A DNA stretch of 64,000 nt from Lepidodermella squamata (Eukaryota > Animalia > Gastrotricha): positions 1,984,001 to 2,048,000 of the forward strand of contig JBLDXI010000013.1 of assembly GCA_047495785.1 (NCBI GenBank), given 5' to 3'. Numbering within the stretch: position 1 is the stretch's first letter; the number at the start of each line of letters is the position of its first letter. The notes under the pieces are model-generated. The model worked only from the letters and a program-made list of their open reading frames with translations. It ran no database searches and was not told where the DNA came from. Shown here one piece after another: positions 38,050-50,121 of the stretch. The position numbers and the translations under genes were made by a program.

Positions 38050-40038
38050 ATGTTGCGCTTTACCCTTCTAATCGGGTCTGTTGCTGTCGCCAGCGCCCGG
38101 CCAGAATTTCAGCTAGAATTACCCAACGGGAATAAAGTTCCGCATCCTTGCGATGCCAGTCAAATGTGGCCGGGAGTCGGCCACACGTTAGCACAAGGCC
38201 AGGGGCCCTTCAATCAGTTTGGTCGTGACTTTCTCGCCGCGAGGAAGAGATGGACATCAGCGCTATGCCAAAAGGACAGCGATGGCGATGGTAAAACTAA
38301 CGGTGAAGAGTTGGGCGATCCGACTTGTACCTGGGCTAATGGTAGGCCGGTCCTGGGAACCGCCACAGGTCACCCAGGCGTTTGCGAGCCCATTGATTCG
38401 CCAATCTGCCGGGAAAGGAATGGTTTCCTAGATAAAATCGACGCTTGCAACGCAGCGCTGAATAAGCCTCCAACAGATTGGTGCCCTCAACTTCAGGCCG
38501 AAAGCGATGTCAAAACTATTGACCTTCGATTTGAACGAACGGCCGTTCCAGCGAATGATACCGTTTATTACTGCAAGGCCTTTGATCTGCCAAGCGATCG
38601 GGATTATCAAATTATTGCTGTAAGGTGTCTCATAATGAGCCGGCTGACTTATATATACGAAATCTTTTTTTTCAGTGGGAAATCATGAACGACAATACCG
38701 AACTACTTCACCACATGGCTGTTTTCGGTTGCAATGGGCCGGCTGAAGAAGAAGCTCTGGCTAAGACAAAGCAGTATGGCTCGCCTGAAAATTGCCCAAT
38801 GATACCAGCTCAGTGCACAGCTTGGTCCGTAGTCTGGGCCTTAGGGTATGGGAGCATAGATTCATCTTTCAGCTGAAGGTAAATTTCCAATTTTTTCAGG
38901 CAAGACAGCCGATGCTACAGCAGTGATACTGGAATTTTGATCGGAAACAGCACATACAGACGAGTTCTGCTACAGCTGCATTACAACAATCCCAATTTGA
39001 AAGATAACATCATCGACTCAAGTGGGATACGATTCTACTACGTCCCAAAACGTCGCCAATATGACATGTCCATGTTGACAATTGCTCAGTTGGATCTGGC
39101 TATTCCACCTGGGCAAGATGTGGTGACAGCTAACGCTACGTCTTTCCCACAGTCGACAAACTGCAGCCAAATATTGTTCGGAAATGAGAAGTACTACCTT
39201 ACATCGGTTTTCTTCCACATGCATCAACTTGGAAACCACGCCAAACTCGCGATTCGAAGGAGAAACGGCACGTTGGAATGGCTGATTGATGAATACGTCA
39301 CCTACGACAACCCCAAGTTTCTGTGGTACACGAGCAAAAACGAGGCGCCTGCGCTTCAAGCTGGAGATACCTTGGAGATCGAATGCGGCTACACAACTCA
39401 GTACAAAACTGAGGCTTACACGTTTTTCGGGGAGCGAACCTCGGATGAGATGTGCGTCGCTTTCATCGAACTATTCCCACGGCCGAGGGATATGAGCTAC
39501 CTTAATTTCATGTCTGTCAGGACGGTAAAATAGCTTGTAACCTTGAAATTAAGCGAGCTTGAATTGTTTTTTTTTTGACCTCAGAAAAACTCGTGTCAAT
39601 GGAACCCCATGTTCTCAGGCTCGTACCAGCCTGAAACTATCGAGAATTGCGTGGTTGATCCTTTCAGAGGCAAGCTTTTCGGCCTGGCTGCTAATCCGGG
39701 CGAAGGACATCTCATGGGTATCTGTCCTTCCAACGATTATCCGGCCAAAGTTTGCTCACCAATCTGCAAAAGGTTAGTGGAATCCAGCTTATCAACGCTT
39801 GTAAATTAACGCTTATTTCTGTGTAATTAGTTTCCTTCTGAGAAATGGGCTGGTAAATGATACTTGCACGGCGACCGAAGGCGTCTTTGTACCAGCGACA
39901 GCCATGTCTTATTTCCCGACATTTGAGAGCTCTTATCGGGTCTATTCTCATATGAATCTTTGTTTGACTGAAATCCGGGCAGCAGTTACAACGACGACAA
40001 GACCTATGGGCCGAGGACGCCGAAGTTTGCCGTTATAA
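38050..40038 (+). CDS. Temptin + Cu type II monooxygenase, copy G (no GPI tail; ends TTTRPMGRGRRSLPL)
   Basis: Paralog of F with the same intron positions. LHH, QLHYNN, FHMH, DEMC. Stop TAA 40036-40038. Confidence 0.88.
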
Positions 40039-40479
40039 TAATTTTTTCAATAATTTCTGAACAAATAAATGAATTTCTTGTGACATATGTATGGTATTTC
40101 TTATTATAGTCATATTGTCATATTGGGACTCTTCACCTCATTTCTTTTACCCTGGTTGTAGAAAATGCTTCAAAGTTGCAGTTGAGAGGTTTCTATAAGC
40201 TATGTATTCTTTTCAAGTTCGATTCCAAGTTCAAAAAATGCGTTAAAGATTCAGAAGCTGGGAGAACTGAGTACGGTTTAGGACCGTGTTTTTCATGGTT
40301 TCTTTTGAAAAGACTAATGGTGCATTGTTGTAAACTCAATTTTGAATTTTATGAATAAAAATGAGTCTTCAACTGTGGGGGTGGGTTCATTCGCCCTCAT
40401 TGAAACCGGAAATGATGTTAGAAGAGAATGAATAAAAACATAATTATATTTAGTAGATGGAATAAAATAATTCGAAGCA

Positions 40480-40812
40480 GCTTGGAAATTTCTCGAAGTT
40501 TCATTTGCTACATTCCGGCGATATAGCCGTGCGCCAGGTTTATGCTGTGTATTGTTGAATTGTTGCACGCCAACTGGAAAAAGCAGTTCACTACGATTAT
40601 CATCACAAGTGAAAAAAATGTACAGAAGATTGTAAAGCACTATTTCCGGCCTGAAAACGCGTGGTTGTGTGGGCTTTTTTTCAGGTTGTTGATTATGGAA
40701 TTGGACCTTGGCAAGGACGTTGGCTTTGATGATCGCATGGGCTGTGGGTATTTAAAGGACATGGAGAAGTAGCGAAATTTCATCATTTAACATTTTCTTT
40801 CAAGATTCAAGT
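40480..40812 (+). promoter_or_regulatory. Conserved upstream module of Cys-clamp genes (class I), also upstream of 44021, 53401 and 55456
   Basis: Shared CCAACT, GCGTGGT and GGGTA(T/C)TTAAAG blocks at similar spacing before the ATG. Confidence 0.55.
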
Positions 40813-41850
40813 ATGGGTTTCGGTTCATTCTCCTGCATGACTGCTGCTTTGGTGGCGATTGTTGCCTTCAGCAATGTTTATTCTGCTCAAACGGGCAATG
40901 GCAATAGCAATGGCAATAGCAATGGCAATGGCGGCAGTCCGCCAGCGGTCAATGTAACTCTGTACAGTGAATGCAAGTGCTACTGTCTACCGCCACCACC
41001 CCAAGGTGGTCCAGGTGGTCAAGCTGGCCAAACAAGTCGAAGCAGACGTCAAGCTCAACAAGGTGGCCAAGGTCAGGGCGGTCAAAGCAAAGCAACGAAA
41101 GCCCAAGGAGGTCAAGGTGGTCAAGGTCAAGGTGGCCAAAGCCAGGGCGGTCAGGGCCAAGGCGGTCAGGGTCAAGGCGGCCAAGGCCAAGGAGGTCAGG
41201 GTCAAGGCGGCCAAGGCCAAGGAGGTCAGGGTCAAGGAGGCCAAGGTCAGGGCGGTCAGGGTCAAGGCGGCCAAGGCCAAGGAGGTCAGGGTCAAGGAGG
41301 CCAAGGTCAGGGCGGTCAGGGTCAAGGAGGCCAAGGAGGTCAGGGTCAAGGTGGTCAAGGTCAAGGTGGCCAAAGCCAGGGCGGTCAGGGCCAAGGCGGT
41401 CAGGGTCAAGGCGGCCAAGGCCAAGGAGGCCAGGGTCAAGGAGGCCAAGGCCAAGGAGGCCAGGGTCAAGGAGGCCAAGGAGGCCAGGGTCAAGGAGGCC
41501 AAGGCCAAGGAGGTCAAGGCCAAGGAGGCCAGGGCCAAGGCGGTCAAAGTCAAGGCGGCCAAGGCCAAGGAGGTCAGGGTCAAGGCGGTGCAAACAAAGC
41601 CCAAGGTGGTCAAGCCCAAGGAGGCAAAGCAGGTCGAAGGAAACGTCAAGCTGGAGGTAACCGAGGAAGCCAAGGTCAAGGACAGCAGAAAGGACCCGGT
41701 GGACCTCCTCCTGGTCCTATTCAGATCCCTGATAGCCAGGCCATTCCTGAGTTGAAGAGTTCGGACTACACAAATGGAACGTGCTATTGTGCCTGCCGCA
41801 AGGGATCTTTGGTTACAACCTTCCCGATACAACTCGGCAATCAGAATTGA
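40813..41850 (+). CDS. Secreted Cys-clamp family protein with ~195-aa (GQGGQ)n loop bounded by furin sites
   Basis: Signal peptide, NVTLYSECKCYC, RSRR ... GRRKR, IPELKSSDYTNGTCYCACRKGSLV. Intronless, with AATAAA downstream. Confidence 0.9.
   Translation: MGFGSFSCMTAALVAIVAFSNVYSAQTGNGNSNGNSNGNGGSPPAVNVTLYSECKCYCLPPPPQGGPGGQAGQTSRSRRQAQQGGQGQGGQSKATKAQGGQGGQGQGGQSQGGQGQGGQGQGGQGQGGQGQGGQGQGGQGQGGQGQGGQGQGGQGQGGQGQGGQGQGGQGQGGQGGQGQGGQGQGGQSQGGQGQGGQGQGGQGQGGQGQGGQGQGGQGQGGQGGQGQGGQGQGGQGQGGQGQGGQSQGGQGQGGQGQGGANKAQGGQAQGGKAGRRKRQAGGNRGSQGQGQQKGPGGPPPGPIQIPDSQAIPELKSSDYTNGTCYCACRKGSLVTTFPIQLGNQN
41050..41634 (+). repeat. Coding 15-bp minisatellite (GGCCAAGGAGGTCAG-like) encoding GQGGQ
   Basis: Visible tandem degenerate 15-mer array. 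Confidence 0.9.
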
Positions 41851-44020
41851 ACCATGACTTATTAATTTAATACTTCCACATATTTTATATTGCACCGATC
41901 ATTCTATCAGCACAGCTTTTTGCTCTTTTTGAATAAAACCGAATAATTAATAGAAATTTAAACAATTATTGTTAACTTGCTACGCTCCTGACCGGCTTTC
42001 GTTCCTAAAATGTTGGCCGCTTGATGAACTAGAGATAGAGAATTTCATTTTCAATTTTTATACAGAGGCATAAATTCGCCCTGTCAAAAGGTAAACTTAG
42101 ACTGCCTCATGTTTGATCCCGAGTTGACGAGAAGTTCTTAATTCTTCAAGTTGTTTAAATCTGAATCGCTTCGCCTGAAGCATACGTCATGCGCGGGGCA
42201 AAAAGCGCTATGTTCACAAAGCAAATTTTCGAGGGAAAAACATAGCATTAGACAAGTATCGACACAGCAAGAAATGACTCAGCGCCTGAGACACGAACAC
42301 GTTTCTCTAACGTGGACACACGACTCGGTGGACAGACGATGCAATGAGCCCGAAGGCAGTCGTTTGGACTGCTAACTCCTCCCAAGAATAGGCATGCAAC
42401 ACCTTGGGTGCTGATTCATGAATTTCTTAGAGGCCAAAAATCGAAAGCTCCAATTTTCAACTGTCGATCTCCTTGCGATTGGAGCTTGCATTACAAAGAA
42501 CCAATTGCCATCGGATATAGATCTCTTCGAGAGAAACACAACGCTATTTCTTTCATAATTTTAGGAATGAATAGACTGCCTGAAAATTGGGAGATAGGGT
42601 TTTGCATTCGGATATAAAACCATGACAACTGCATCAAAAGAGTTCATTCAACGGCTTTTGCAGGAGCGAGATTTTTGAGATTTTGAATATTTCTGTATTA
42701 TTTCTTATAATCAGTGGACTTGGAGCGGATGGTTGTTCCTGATTTTTCTGGGAATTTCGAGAGCTTTCAACAATGAACCTGCTCTGGATTTTTTCCAACC
42801 GTCACACGAGCTAAGGAGGCCAACGGCAGAATAAATTCATAATTGAATCATCAGCAGTAATTTTGCATTGTTTTTCTAGTCAAAATGTTTTTAAATTTAT
42901 AAAAAACCAGAAAAAAATCATGCAAATTCGCTTGAAATCTTTCTATCATCTTATAGCTTTCGAAACTTTTCAAATTTTTGAAATGGCATCCACACAGTTT
43001 TTAATTTGATATAATTTAATGAAACTCGGGGAACTGCTACATTTAAACACTGGGAATCTTTTGATAGTAAACTCGTCCGTATCGGAGGCCGCGTGGTTGA
43101 TCAGTCGCTTACGACCCGAGCTTTTTCGCCCCCCTCAATCCGTAGCATCGTTTTGTCCCTCTCTAACGGTGAGAACGATATCCAAGCCTGGTTGTCGCTT
43201 GGAGTATGAGACATCGAACAGGCAGACACAGCTGGGCCTGTTGAGCAAGCTTGAGTTCGGCGAAGGAGGCAGCTCTATTCGATGACATCAAAGCCTGTGA
43301 AGCGCGGGCGGCGTCAAAACTGGTTCAATTTCTACGTAATTAATTGATCTTATTTTCAAAACAATCAAAATCTTTGATTCTACAAATTATAATAAATTTT
43401 TGTTAAATGTCTCTCATCTCATGCCAGATGCCAGATTTAATAAAATATCAACTCTTTCCATCGGAAAATGGTGATTTCTTTTAGCTTTTTGATACAGGGT
43501 AAGTTGAGGCCAGAATACAATAAAAGTAGGCTTATCATCACGTTGCAGCGAAATTGCTTTCAAAATTTCAATTTGCACTGGCGTTGATGACAGCCTCCTC
43601 ATGGTCTTTGGGGAAAAAACACGCGTTGACGTCCTTCGCGCTCTGCGTGGAGTTTAATCGCCCACTTTTTTATGACAAATAAGTCGCAACAGCTTGGAAA
43701 TTTCTCGAAAGGTTTCATGTGCTGCATTCCAGTAATTTCACCCTGCGTCAGGTTCATGTGGCGTGTTGTTGAACTGTAGCACGCCAACTGCAAAAAGCAG
43801 TTCACTGCGATTATCATCTCAAATGAAAAAAATACAGATATATAGCACTATTTCCGGCCTGAAAATGCGTGGTTGAGTGGGCTATCCTTTCAGGTTGATA
43901 ATTATGGAATTAGGCCTTGGCAAGGACTGAGGCTTTGTTGATCGCGACAGCTGAGGGTATTTAAAGGACATTGAGAAGTAGCAAATTTCAGCATTCAACA
44001 TTTTCTTTCGAGATTCAAGT

Positions 44021-44617
44021 ATGGGTTTCGGTTCATTCTCCTGCATGACTGCTGCTTTGGTGGCGATTGTCGCCTTCAGCAATGTTTATTCTGCTCAAAC
44101 GGGCAATGGCAATAGCAATGGCAATAGCAATGGCAATGGCGGCAGTCCGCCAGCGGTCAATGTAACTCTGTACAGTGAATGCAAGTGCTACTGTCCACAG
44201 CCACCACCCCAAGGTGGTCCAGGTGGTCAAGGTGGCCAAGCAAGTCGAAGCAAACGTCAAGCTGGAGGTAACCAAGGTCAGGGTCGAAGCCAAAGCCAAG
44301 GCCAAAGTCAGGGTCGAGGCCAAGGCCAAGGACAAGGCCAAGGACAAGGCCAAGGACAAGGACAAGGACAAGGCCAAGGCCAAGGACAAGGCCAAGGACA
44401 AGGCCAAGGACAAGGCCAAGGCCAAGGACAAGGACAAGGACAAGGACAAGGTGGTCAAGGGCAGCAGAAAGGACCCGGTGGACCTCCTCCTATTCAGATT
44501 CCTGATAGCCAGGCCATTCCAGAATTGAAGAGTTCGGACTACACAAATGGAACGTGCTATTGTGCCTGCCGCACGGGATCTTTGGTTACAACCTTCCCGC
44601 TACAACTCGGCAACTAA
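44021..44617 (+). CDS. Secreted Cys-clamp family protein with (GQ)n loop and one furin site (RSKR)
   Basis: Near-identical termini and upstream region to the 40813 gene. The loop is a 6-bp CAAGGA/CAAGGC repeat. Confidence 0.9.
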   Translation: MGFGSFSCMTAALVAIVAFSNVYSAQTGNGNSNGNSNGNGGSPPAVNVTLYSECKCYCPQPPPQGGPGGQGGQASRSKRQAGGNQGQGRSQSQGQSQGRGQGQGQGQGQGQGQGQGQGQGQGQGQGQGQGQGQGQGQGQGQGQGGQGQQKGPGGPPPIQIPDSQAIPELKSSDYTNGTCYCACRTGSLVTTFPLQLGN

Positions 44618-46007
44618 ACTAGAATCGACTGGAACCTTGACTGATTTTTTACACATTTTGCACATTGTGTAGTTCCTACTTTTGCAATGATATTTCTATA
44701 AGCACAATTTTTTCCTTTCATTTGATGGCACTCTATTTGAATAAAACCGCCTGCTTGATCGAAATTAAAATTTTTTTGTTATAAAATGCTGGGAATAGCC
44801 GAAAAATGGCACTAAGCTCCTGACCGGTCCCATTTCGGCACCGGTTATAGTCGAACCTATTCGAACCTGTTTTAGCTTGGTCGAACCTAGCCGAAACTGG
44901 TTTGGCTTGCTTGAACCTTTCGACACCAGAGAGTCGAACCTAGTCGAACGTCTTGCGATAAGGTCAAACCTTTTTGGACGAACTTGGCCGAACAATTGTG
45001 TTAATTTCTACTACAAACCTGTCGACGCACCTCGCTCTCGGCGCAGCTTTTACTTTTACTCGTCCCATTAGTTCATGAATTTTGATAAGAATATCAAATC
45101 AACTTTAATTCCTAGCGAGCTGGGAATAAATGATAAACTTTGGCAGAACTAGGCCTGGGGAAGAGGGCAGGGTCTACATAAAACATGCTAATTCCCCTGC
45201 AAATCGGACTTTTGCAGAGTTCTCAAGTCTGCTTGAACCTGTTGCTTGATCTGTACATGCATGTATGATACCCTAAAATCCATAGAAGGCCGAACCCATG
45301 CCGAACCTAGATAATAGGTTTATGGGCAGAAGGCAATGTTATCTATCAACCACTTTCAAAAAAGTCCCTTTCAGCCTGCCTAAAATATAAAACAGGCCCA
45401 ACTATTTTAGGCGGGTTAAGGGACGTTTTTGGGAGTGACAAATAATGATCGCGATTCGTGCGAGGTTAGGCCTAGGCTGAGTATTCAGGCCTGCAAAAGG
45501 CCTCTGATAGGCCAAGTGGGGTTTGGTCAAAGTGAAGCTGGCCTAGCTGGGCCTAAGTATCCAGGCCTGAAAACACCAGGCCCGAAAAAGGCCTGTTATC
45601 CGGATTTGAAGATTTTTGACGCCGGATAACGATCATATCCGGGTGTCATCGGTGGAAAGCAATGGGTATTCGTCCTTCAGGCCATGATATCCACCTATGA
45701 TATCCACCCGGATATTGTATATTATTTTATGAGGCATTGTTCAATTTCTTCCTTTTGGCCTATCAAGGGCCTAGGCAACCATGCCGGGAAAATTAATAAA
45801 TAAATTTATTAATTTATTAATTGTTGCTAATCAAGTTAGGCCTGAAGGACCCTGGCTTAGGCCTGCAAAACGGTAAAATTTCGGCCTGTAGCAGGCCTGT
45901 ATGGAAAACCCAGAGTAGGCCTAATTCAGACCTGAGCTCGCTCGGCTGGTTGGCCATGGAGAGTATATTAGTGGCCTGAATAATAGGGATGGTGCCATAA
46001 AATTGTG

Positions 46008-46560
46008 AAAACCCGGTTTAAAATTCCTCAGGGATCAAAAGAGCTATGTCCACTGGGTCCCGTCGTCGTTACACGGGGTCCCTTTTTCGACGGGCCAAGT
46101 CAACCACATGAAGCTAAGTCCACGCAAAAATGAATGCATCGTAAATATTACTTGCAACCATTTTTGCAGAACATCATGAGCGCCGATAAGCGATAAGCGC
46201 TTCACGAATAAGCCCAAAATTCGCAATGATAAAATAAAAAAATTAAATTAAAAATTAAAATTAAAATCCGAAAATTGAAAATGTGGTGGCCTCAGAGAAT
46301 CGAACCCGAGGCGCCCGTAAACCATGTCTTCATGCAAAAAACCAAATTTATCCTTTTCACCTGTGCGGCGCAAAAAGTATGAATCCAAAAAGGAAACGTA
46401 TTGCGACATTCGAAAGATCGGGGTCGATTACCCCTCCTGAATCATCGGTGACATTTTAAACTGGTAGTTCGATTTGGAGCGATTCTCCAAGTTGGAAAAA
46501 TGCGTCGTTCGATTCATCTCGAATAGTCGCTTTGTGGCCATAGTAGCACTTTTTCCGCGC
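46008..46560. repeat. Second (left-truncated) copy of the 27634-28325 dispersed repeat
   Basis: Collinear similarity including the right end GCACTTTTTCCGCGC. Confidence 0.7.
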
Positions 46561-46776
46561 AAAATATTAGGCAGAACCGAAATACAGGGGAGGTCTCCAG
46601 GCAGGGCTTCAGGCTCAATTGTTCAAATACATACATAGGGCAGTGCCATCCAATTCAGATGTTAAGGTAGGTAGGTTGTTTTACGCCTGCCGCGCAAGGG
46701 ATTCGTGATTGGAACTTGCAACAACTTGAATCTATGTAGAAATGGCTGAAACGTTGAAAAGCTCAATTTCATGATA

Positions 46777-47183
46777 CCGTATTTCATCCAAAAGTAAGTA
46801 TCCTATCTCCAATAATAACCCCCTCGAATAGCCTAAAAAATTAACTTAAATATTGGGTCCAAAGGTTACTGATAGCCCGCCTCGAACTATGCGGGAAAAC
46901 AGGCCATGCGGCGGAAAAACAGGTTGAAGCCTGGAATTTGGACTACAATTGGCTAGGAATAGCTTTTCCCATGGAATCACCACTGCAGGAAAGGCATAGT
47001 CCAACCTGGCAAGCCTTTTGAAGGCCGCTCATATCAACACATTGGCTTGATTGAAGTGTTGGTGTGACGTTCAAAGTTAATAATTGCCTCCCTCTACTAA
47101 AAGCCCCCTCGAATAATTGCCCCATTTTTCACTATTTTTCTAGTTCGGAAAAATAGCCATGGCAATTAAGTGATGAAATACGG
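46777..47183. mobile_element. Tc1/mariner (pogo/Tigger-like) MITE, TIR CCGTATTTCATC, TA TSD
   Basis: TA-CCGTATTTCATC ... GATGAAATACGG-TA, with internal CCCCTCGAATA motifs. Confidence 0.75.
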
Positions 47184-47726
47184 TATATTTTCCCAGCATA
47201 TGTCATTATAATGCTAGGAACGCAAGTTCTCCCAGCCATTTGATCAAATTCTCCATAACAATAATTCCACTAATTATTCCAAGGTCAAAAGTAACAGCCG
47301 CGAATTGTCGCTCATAGCCCTTAAACCTGTGATTAGAGGAGTCAAGTAAACTCGTAGTTAACTGAAAGAATTGTTAACTAAGAAAAATTAAGGCGATAAT
47401 TTCTAAAATTGCTAAAATGTTCGTTGCACCCAAAAGATTTGTCTCTGCTGCTTGAATAATTTTGTCAACTCTTGTTATTATATATAATATACCAATGCAA
47501 TAGATATTCCGTAAAATATTCTGCAAGAAAAACAATTACCTAAATGTTATTACCGGCTCAGGGTAAGGAAATTATGTCCATCTAGCCATGGGTTTTCCGA
47601 TTCCATCGAAGAATCTGTACTTCTATCCGAAAATTCGGATAAGGTATATAGTCATTTCGTGCTGGGTAAAACGCTTGTTTGCAGACGTGTATAACAATTG
47701 TAAATACAAGTTTCAGAAAGTTCACG

Positions 47727-48030
47727 AATGACAATTTTTTGCCCTGAGCTCATGCCACAATTTCATTATGGTTAAGTTTTTACCACCTCGAGCCTTACGC
47801 AATCACACCTCCAAGGGTATCACTGTGTAAACAGCACGACCTCGATGGTTTGTTCCGTTTCCTGTTTAAAAACTCGTGTTCGAGCGGCGTTTATTTTGCG
47901 AAAAAGAATTAGGTGAAATGCCACACAAATATCAATTTGGCAGGAATGATTGCACCTCCTTAGTGTATTTAAGGGACAGGTTGAGGTGGCTAAATTCATC
48001 ATTCCACATTTCGATACAAAATCTTCAACT
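47727..48030 (+). promoter_or_regulatory. Conserved upstream module of Cys-clamp genes (class II), also at ~49287-49626, ~51694-51993 and ~61044-61350
   Basis: Shared blocks GACAATTT..CTGAGCT, GTAAACAGCACG (forkhead-like core), TTAGGTGAAATGC, TTTGGCAGG, TATTTAAG (TATA-like) and AAATTCATCATT (Inr-like). Confidence 0.65.
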
Positions 48031-48516
48031 ATGAGTCTCGGATCATTCTCTTCCTTAGCTGCAGCCTTGGTGGTGGCTCTCGCCATCAGCCAAGCTTACG
48101 CTGCCACAACTAGTGGCAATAGCAACAGCAACGACGATAGGCCACCCAGACCAGCGATGAATGCAACTCTGTACGACGAGTGCAAATGCTATTGCATGGC
48201 CAAACCACCACCAAGAAACGAAACCGCCAATTCGAATAACGGCAGGCAAAACAACAACCAAGGCCAGCAGAGTCAGCAACGCGGCCGCGGCGGACCACCG
48301 CAGGGTGGCCCTGGTGGATTCGGCGGACCCGGTGGCCCCGGTGGACCCGGTGGGCCCGGTGGCCCAGGTCCATGGGAGTCTCAGATTCCGTCAGACCAGC
48401 TCATTGACGAATTCAAGTTGGAAGATTATGCGGTCAGCATGTGCTATTGCGCATGTTCGAAGGGATCTTTGGTTAAGGTTATTCAGCTCGGTAATAACGA
48501 TAGTAATACCCAGTGA
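48031..48516 (+). CDS. Secreted Cys-clamp family protein, (GGP)n loop
   Basis: MSLGSFSSLAAALVVALAISQAYA signal peptide, NATLYDECKCYC ... EFKLEDYAVSMCYCACSKGSLV. Confidence 0.9.
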   Translation: MSLGSFSSLAAALVVALAISQAYAATTSGNSNSNDDRPPRPAMNATLYDECKCYCMAKPPPRNETANSNNGRQNNNQGQQSQQRGRGGPPQGGPGGFGGPGGPGGPGGPGGPGPWESQIPSDQLIDEFKLEDYAVSMCYCACSKGSLVKVIQLGNNDSNTQ

Positions 48517-48969
48517 AAACCTGAGCCTCATCTGCATGAATTTTATCCGATGACCCACCTGCATTTGACTTTTGCTTTTCTGTGTCATAGCCCTTTGATA
48601 GCCCTTTGAATCAATAAAACAGCCGGCTGTTCTTTCTAACATATGACGGCATTCGTTCAACAAGTGAAATGGTGGGGTTGGGCGAAATTAGTGACATCGT
48701 GAGAATTAGTTGCCGCTCTCAGGGTCAATGAACGAGGAGTGGAACGATGTATAGAATCAAGCCAGTGCTTCCATGTCAACTTGAATCGATAAGTTTTTCC
48801 TTGGCGGTACTTTGGGGTCTCCCGTCTTTTAAGGTGTTGAATGGGGGCGTCCTAGAGGCCTGATGAATTTTCAAAATTCCAATTCCATAAGAACAACTGA
48901 GTAAAAAAATCTAGGATTCCTGAGTAAGAAAATAAATTGTCAGCTCTATGGTCGAGCGATCCATCAACC

Positions 48970-49050
48970 TTGTGCGGTATCTCGGCGTGCATCTGACCCC
49001 ACATTTGTCCGGGTTATACATACCACATCGGCGTAATCGCATCAGTTGAA
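48970..49050 (+). mobile_element. Tiny non-LTR retrotransposon RT C-terminal remnant
   Basis: Translates VRYLGVHLTPHLS, resembling the YLG..L...L.W motif. Positionally equivalent to 51445-51520. Confidence 0.45.
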
Positions 49051-49626
49051 TTCAGGAAAAAATTGAAAATCGGTAAATTAGGGTAGTCCCAGCGCCCTAA
49101 TTGAGGGGAATTCACAAGCTAAAAACCAACCACAATTAGGGTGATAAGTTTCTGGTGCATATTTTATAGTAATTCGCGCGAAGTGAAACCTATGTCCGCA
49201 GACGTGTGCAATGCCAGCCATTTTAGCCGTGTGCCTGAAAAACTGAAATAATTAATAAAAGTTCTGCAATCTAAAAAGGTCAGAAAGGACAATTTTTTGC
49301 CCTGAGCTTATGCCATGTTTTCATTATTCTGTCTTTTTTCTACCTCGAGTACTCTAAAGGCAATGACAAGGGTATTATTACTGGCAAACAATTGTTATTA
49401 CCATTATTATTAATGGTATTATTACCGCGTAAACAGCACGATGGTGCTCCTCATTCTGGGTTGAATGTGCGTGTTCCAGAGGCGCTTTTTTCGGAAAAGA
49501 ATTAGGTGAAATGCCACACAAACAAAAATTTGGCAGGGATGATTGCTTCCGCTCAGGGTATTTAAGGGGCAGGCTGAAGCTGCTAAATTCATCATTCAAC
49601 AATCGATCCAAAATCTTTAATCAACT

Positions 49627-50121
49627 ATGACTCTCGGATCATTCTCTTCTTTAGCTGTAGCCTTGATGGTCGCTCTTGCCATCAGCCAGGCTTACTCTGC
49701 GCCAGCGATTAGCAACAGCAACAGCAACAACAACAACGGTCTTCCACCTAGGCCAGCGATGAATGCAACTCTTTACAATGCGTGCAAATGCTATTGCATT
49801 CCCAAGCCGCCACCAAGAAACGAAACCGCTAATTCGAATAATAATGGCAGACAAAACGGCAACCAAGGCCAGCAGGGTCAGCAAGGTCAGCAACGCGGCC
49901 GCGGTGGACCCCCTCAGGGTGGCCCTGGTGGATTCGGTGGACCCGGTGGTCCAGGTGGCCCAGGTGGCCCGCCCAACGTGGAGTCTCTGATCCCGGCGAA
50001 CGAGCTCATTGCCGAATTCAAGTCGGACGATTACGCAACCGGCATGTGCTACTGCGCTTGTTCGAAGGGATCTTTTGTTAAGGTCATTCAGCTCGGTAAC
50101 AATAATAGTAATACCCAGTGA
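49627..50121 (+). CDS. Secreted Cys-clamp family protein, Q/G/P loop
   Basis: Signal peptide, YNACKCYC ... EFKSDDYATGMCYCACSKGSFV. Confidence 0.9.
   Translation: MTLGSFSSLAVALMVALAISQAYSAPAISNSNSNNNNGLPPRPAMNATLYNACKCYCIPKPPPRNETANSNNNGRQNGNQGQQGQQGQQRGRGGPPQGGPGGFGGPGGPGGPGGPPNVESLIPANELIAEFKSDDYATGMCYCACSKGSFVKVIQLGNNNSNTQ

Noticed and set aside
41050-41634. Regular repeat array considered as CRISPR-like
   Set aside because: No unique spacers or cas genes; it is a eukaryotic coding minisatellite.
40949-41895. Long alternative-frame ORFs (VKAAKAKE, SRRPRPRR, LTLASLA repeats), likewise at 44033-44528
   Set aside because: Shadow frames of the stop-free GQ repeat. Only the 40813 and 44021 frames have a signal peptide and family motifs.
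47950-48030. N-terminal ORF extensions of Cys-clamp genes (also 51913 and 61270) and of the GT32 gene (24811-24894)
   Set aside because: They start at TTG/GTG. For the Cys-clamp genes they overlap the TATA/Inr region. The true starts are the downstream ATGs preceding the signal or anchor peptides.
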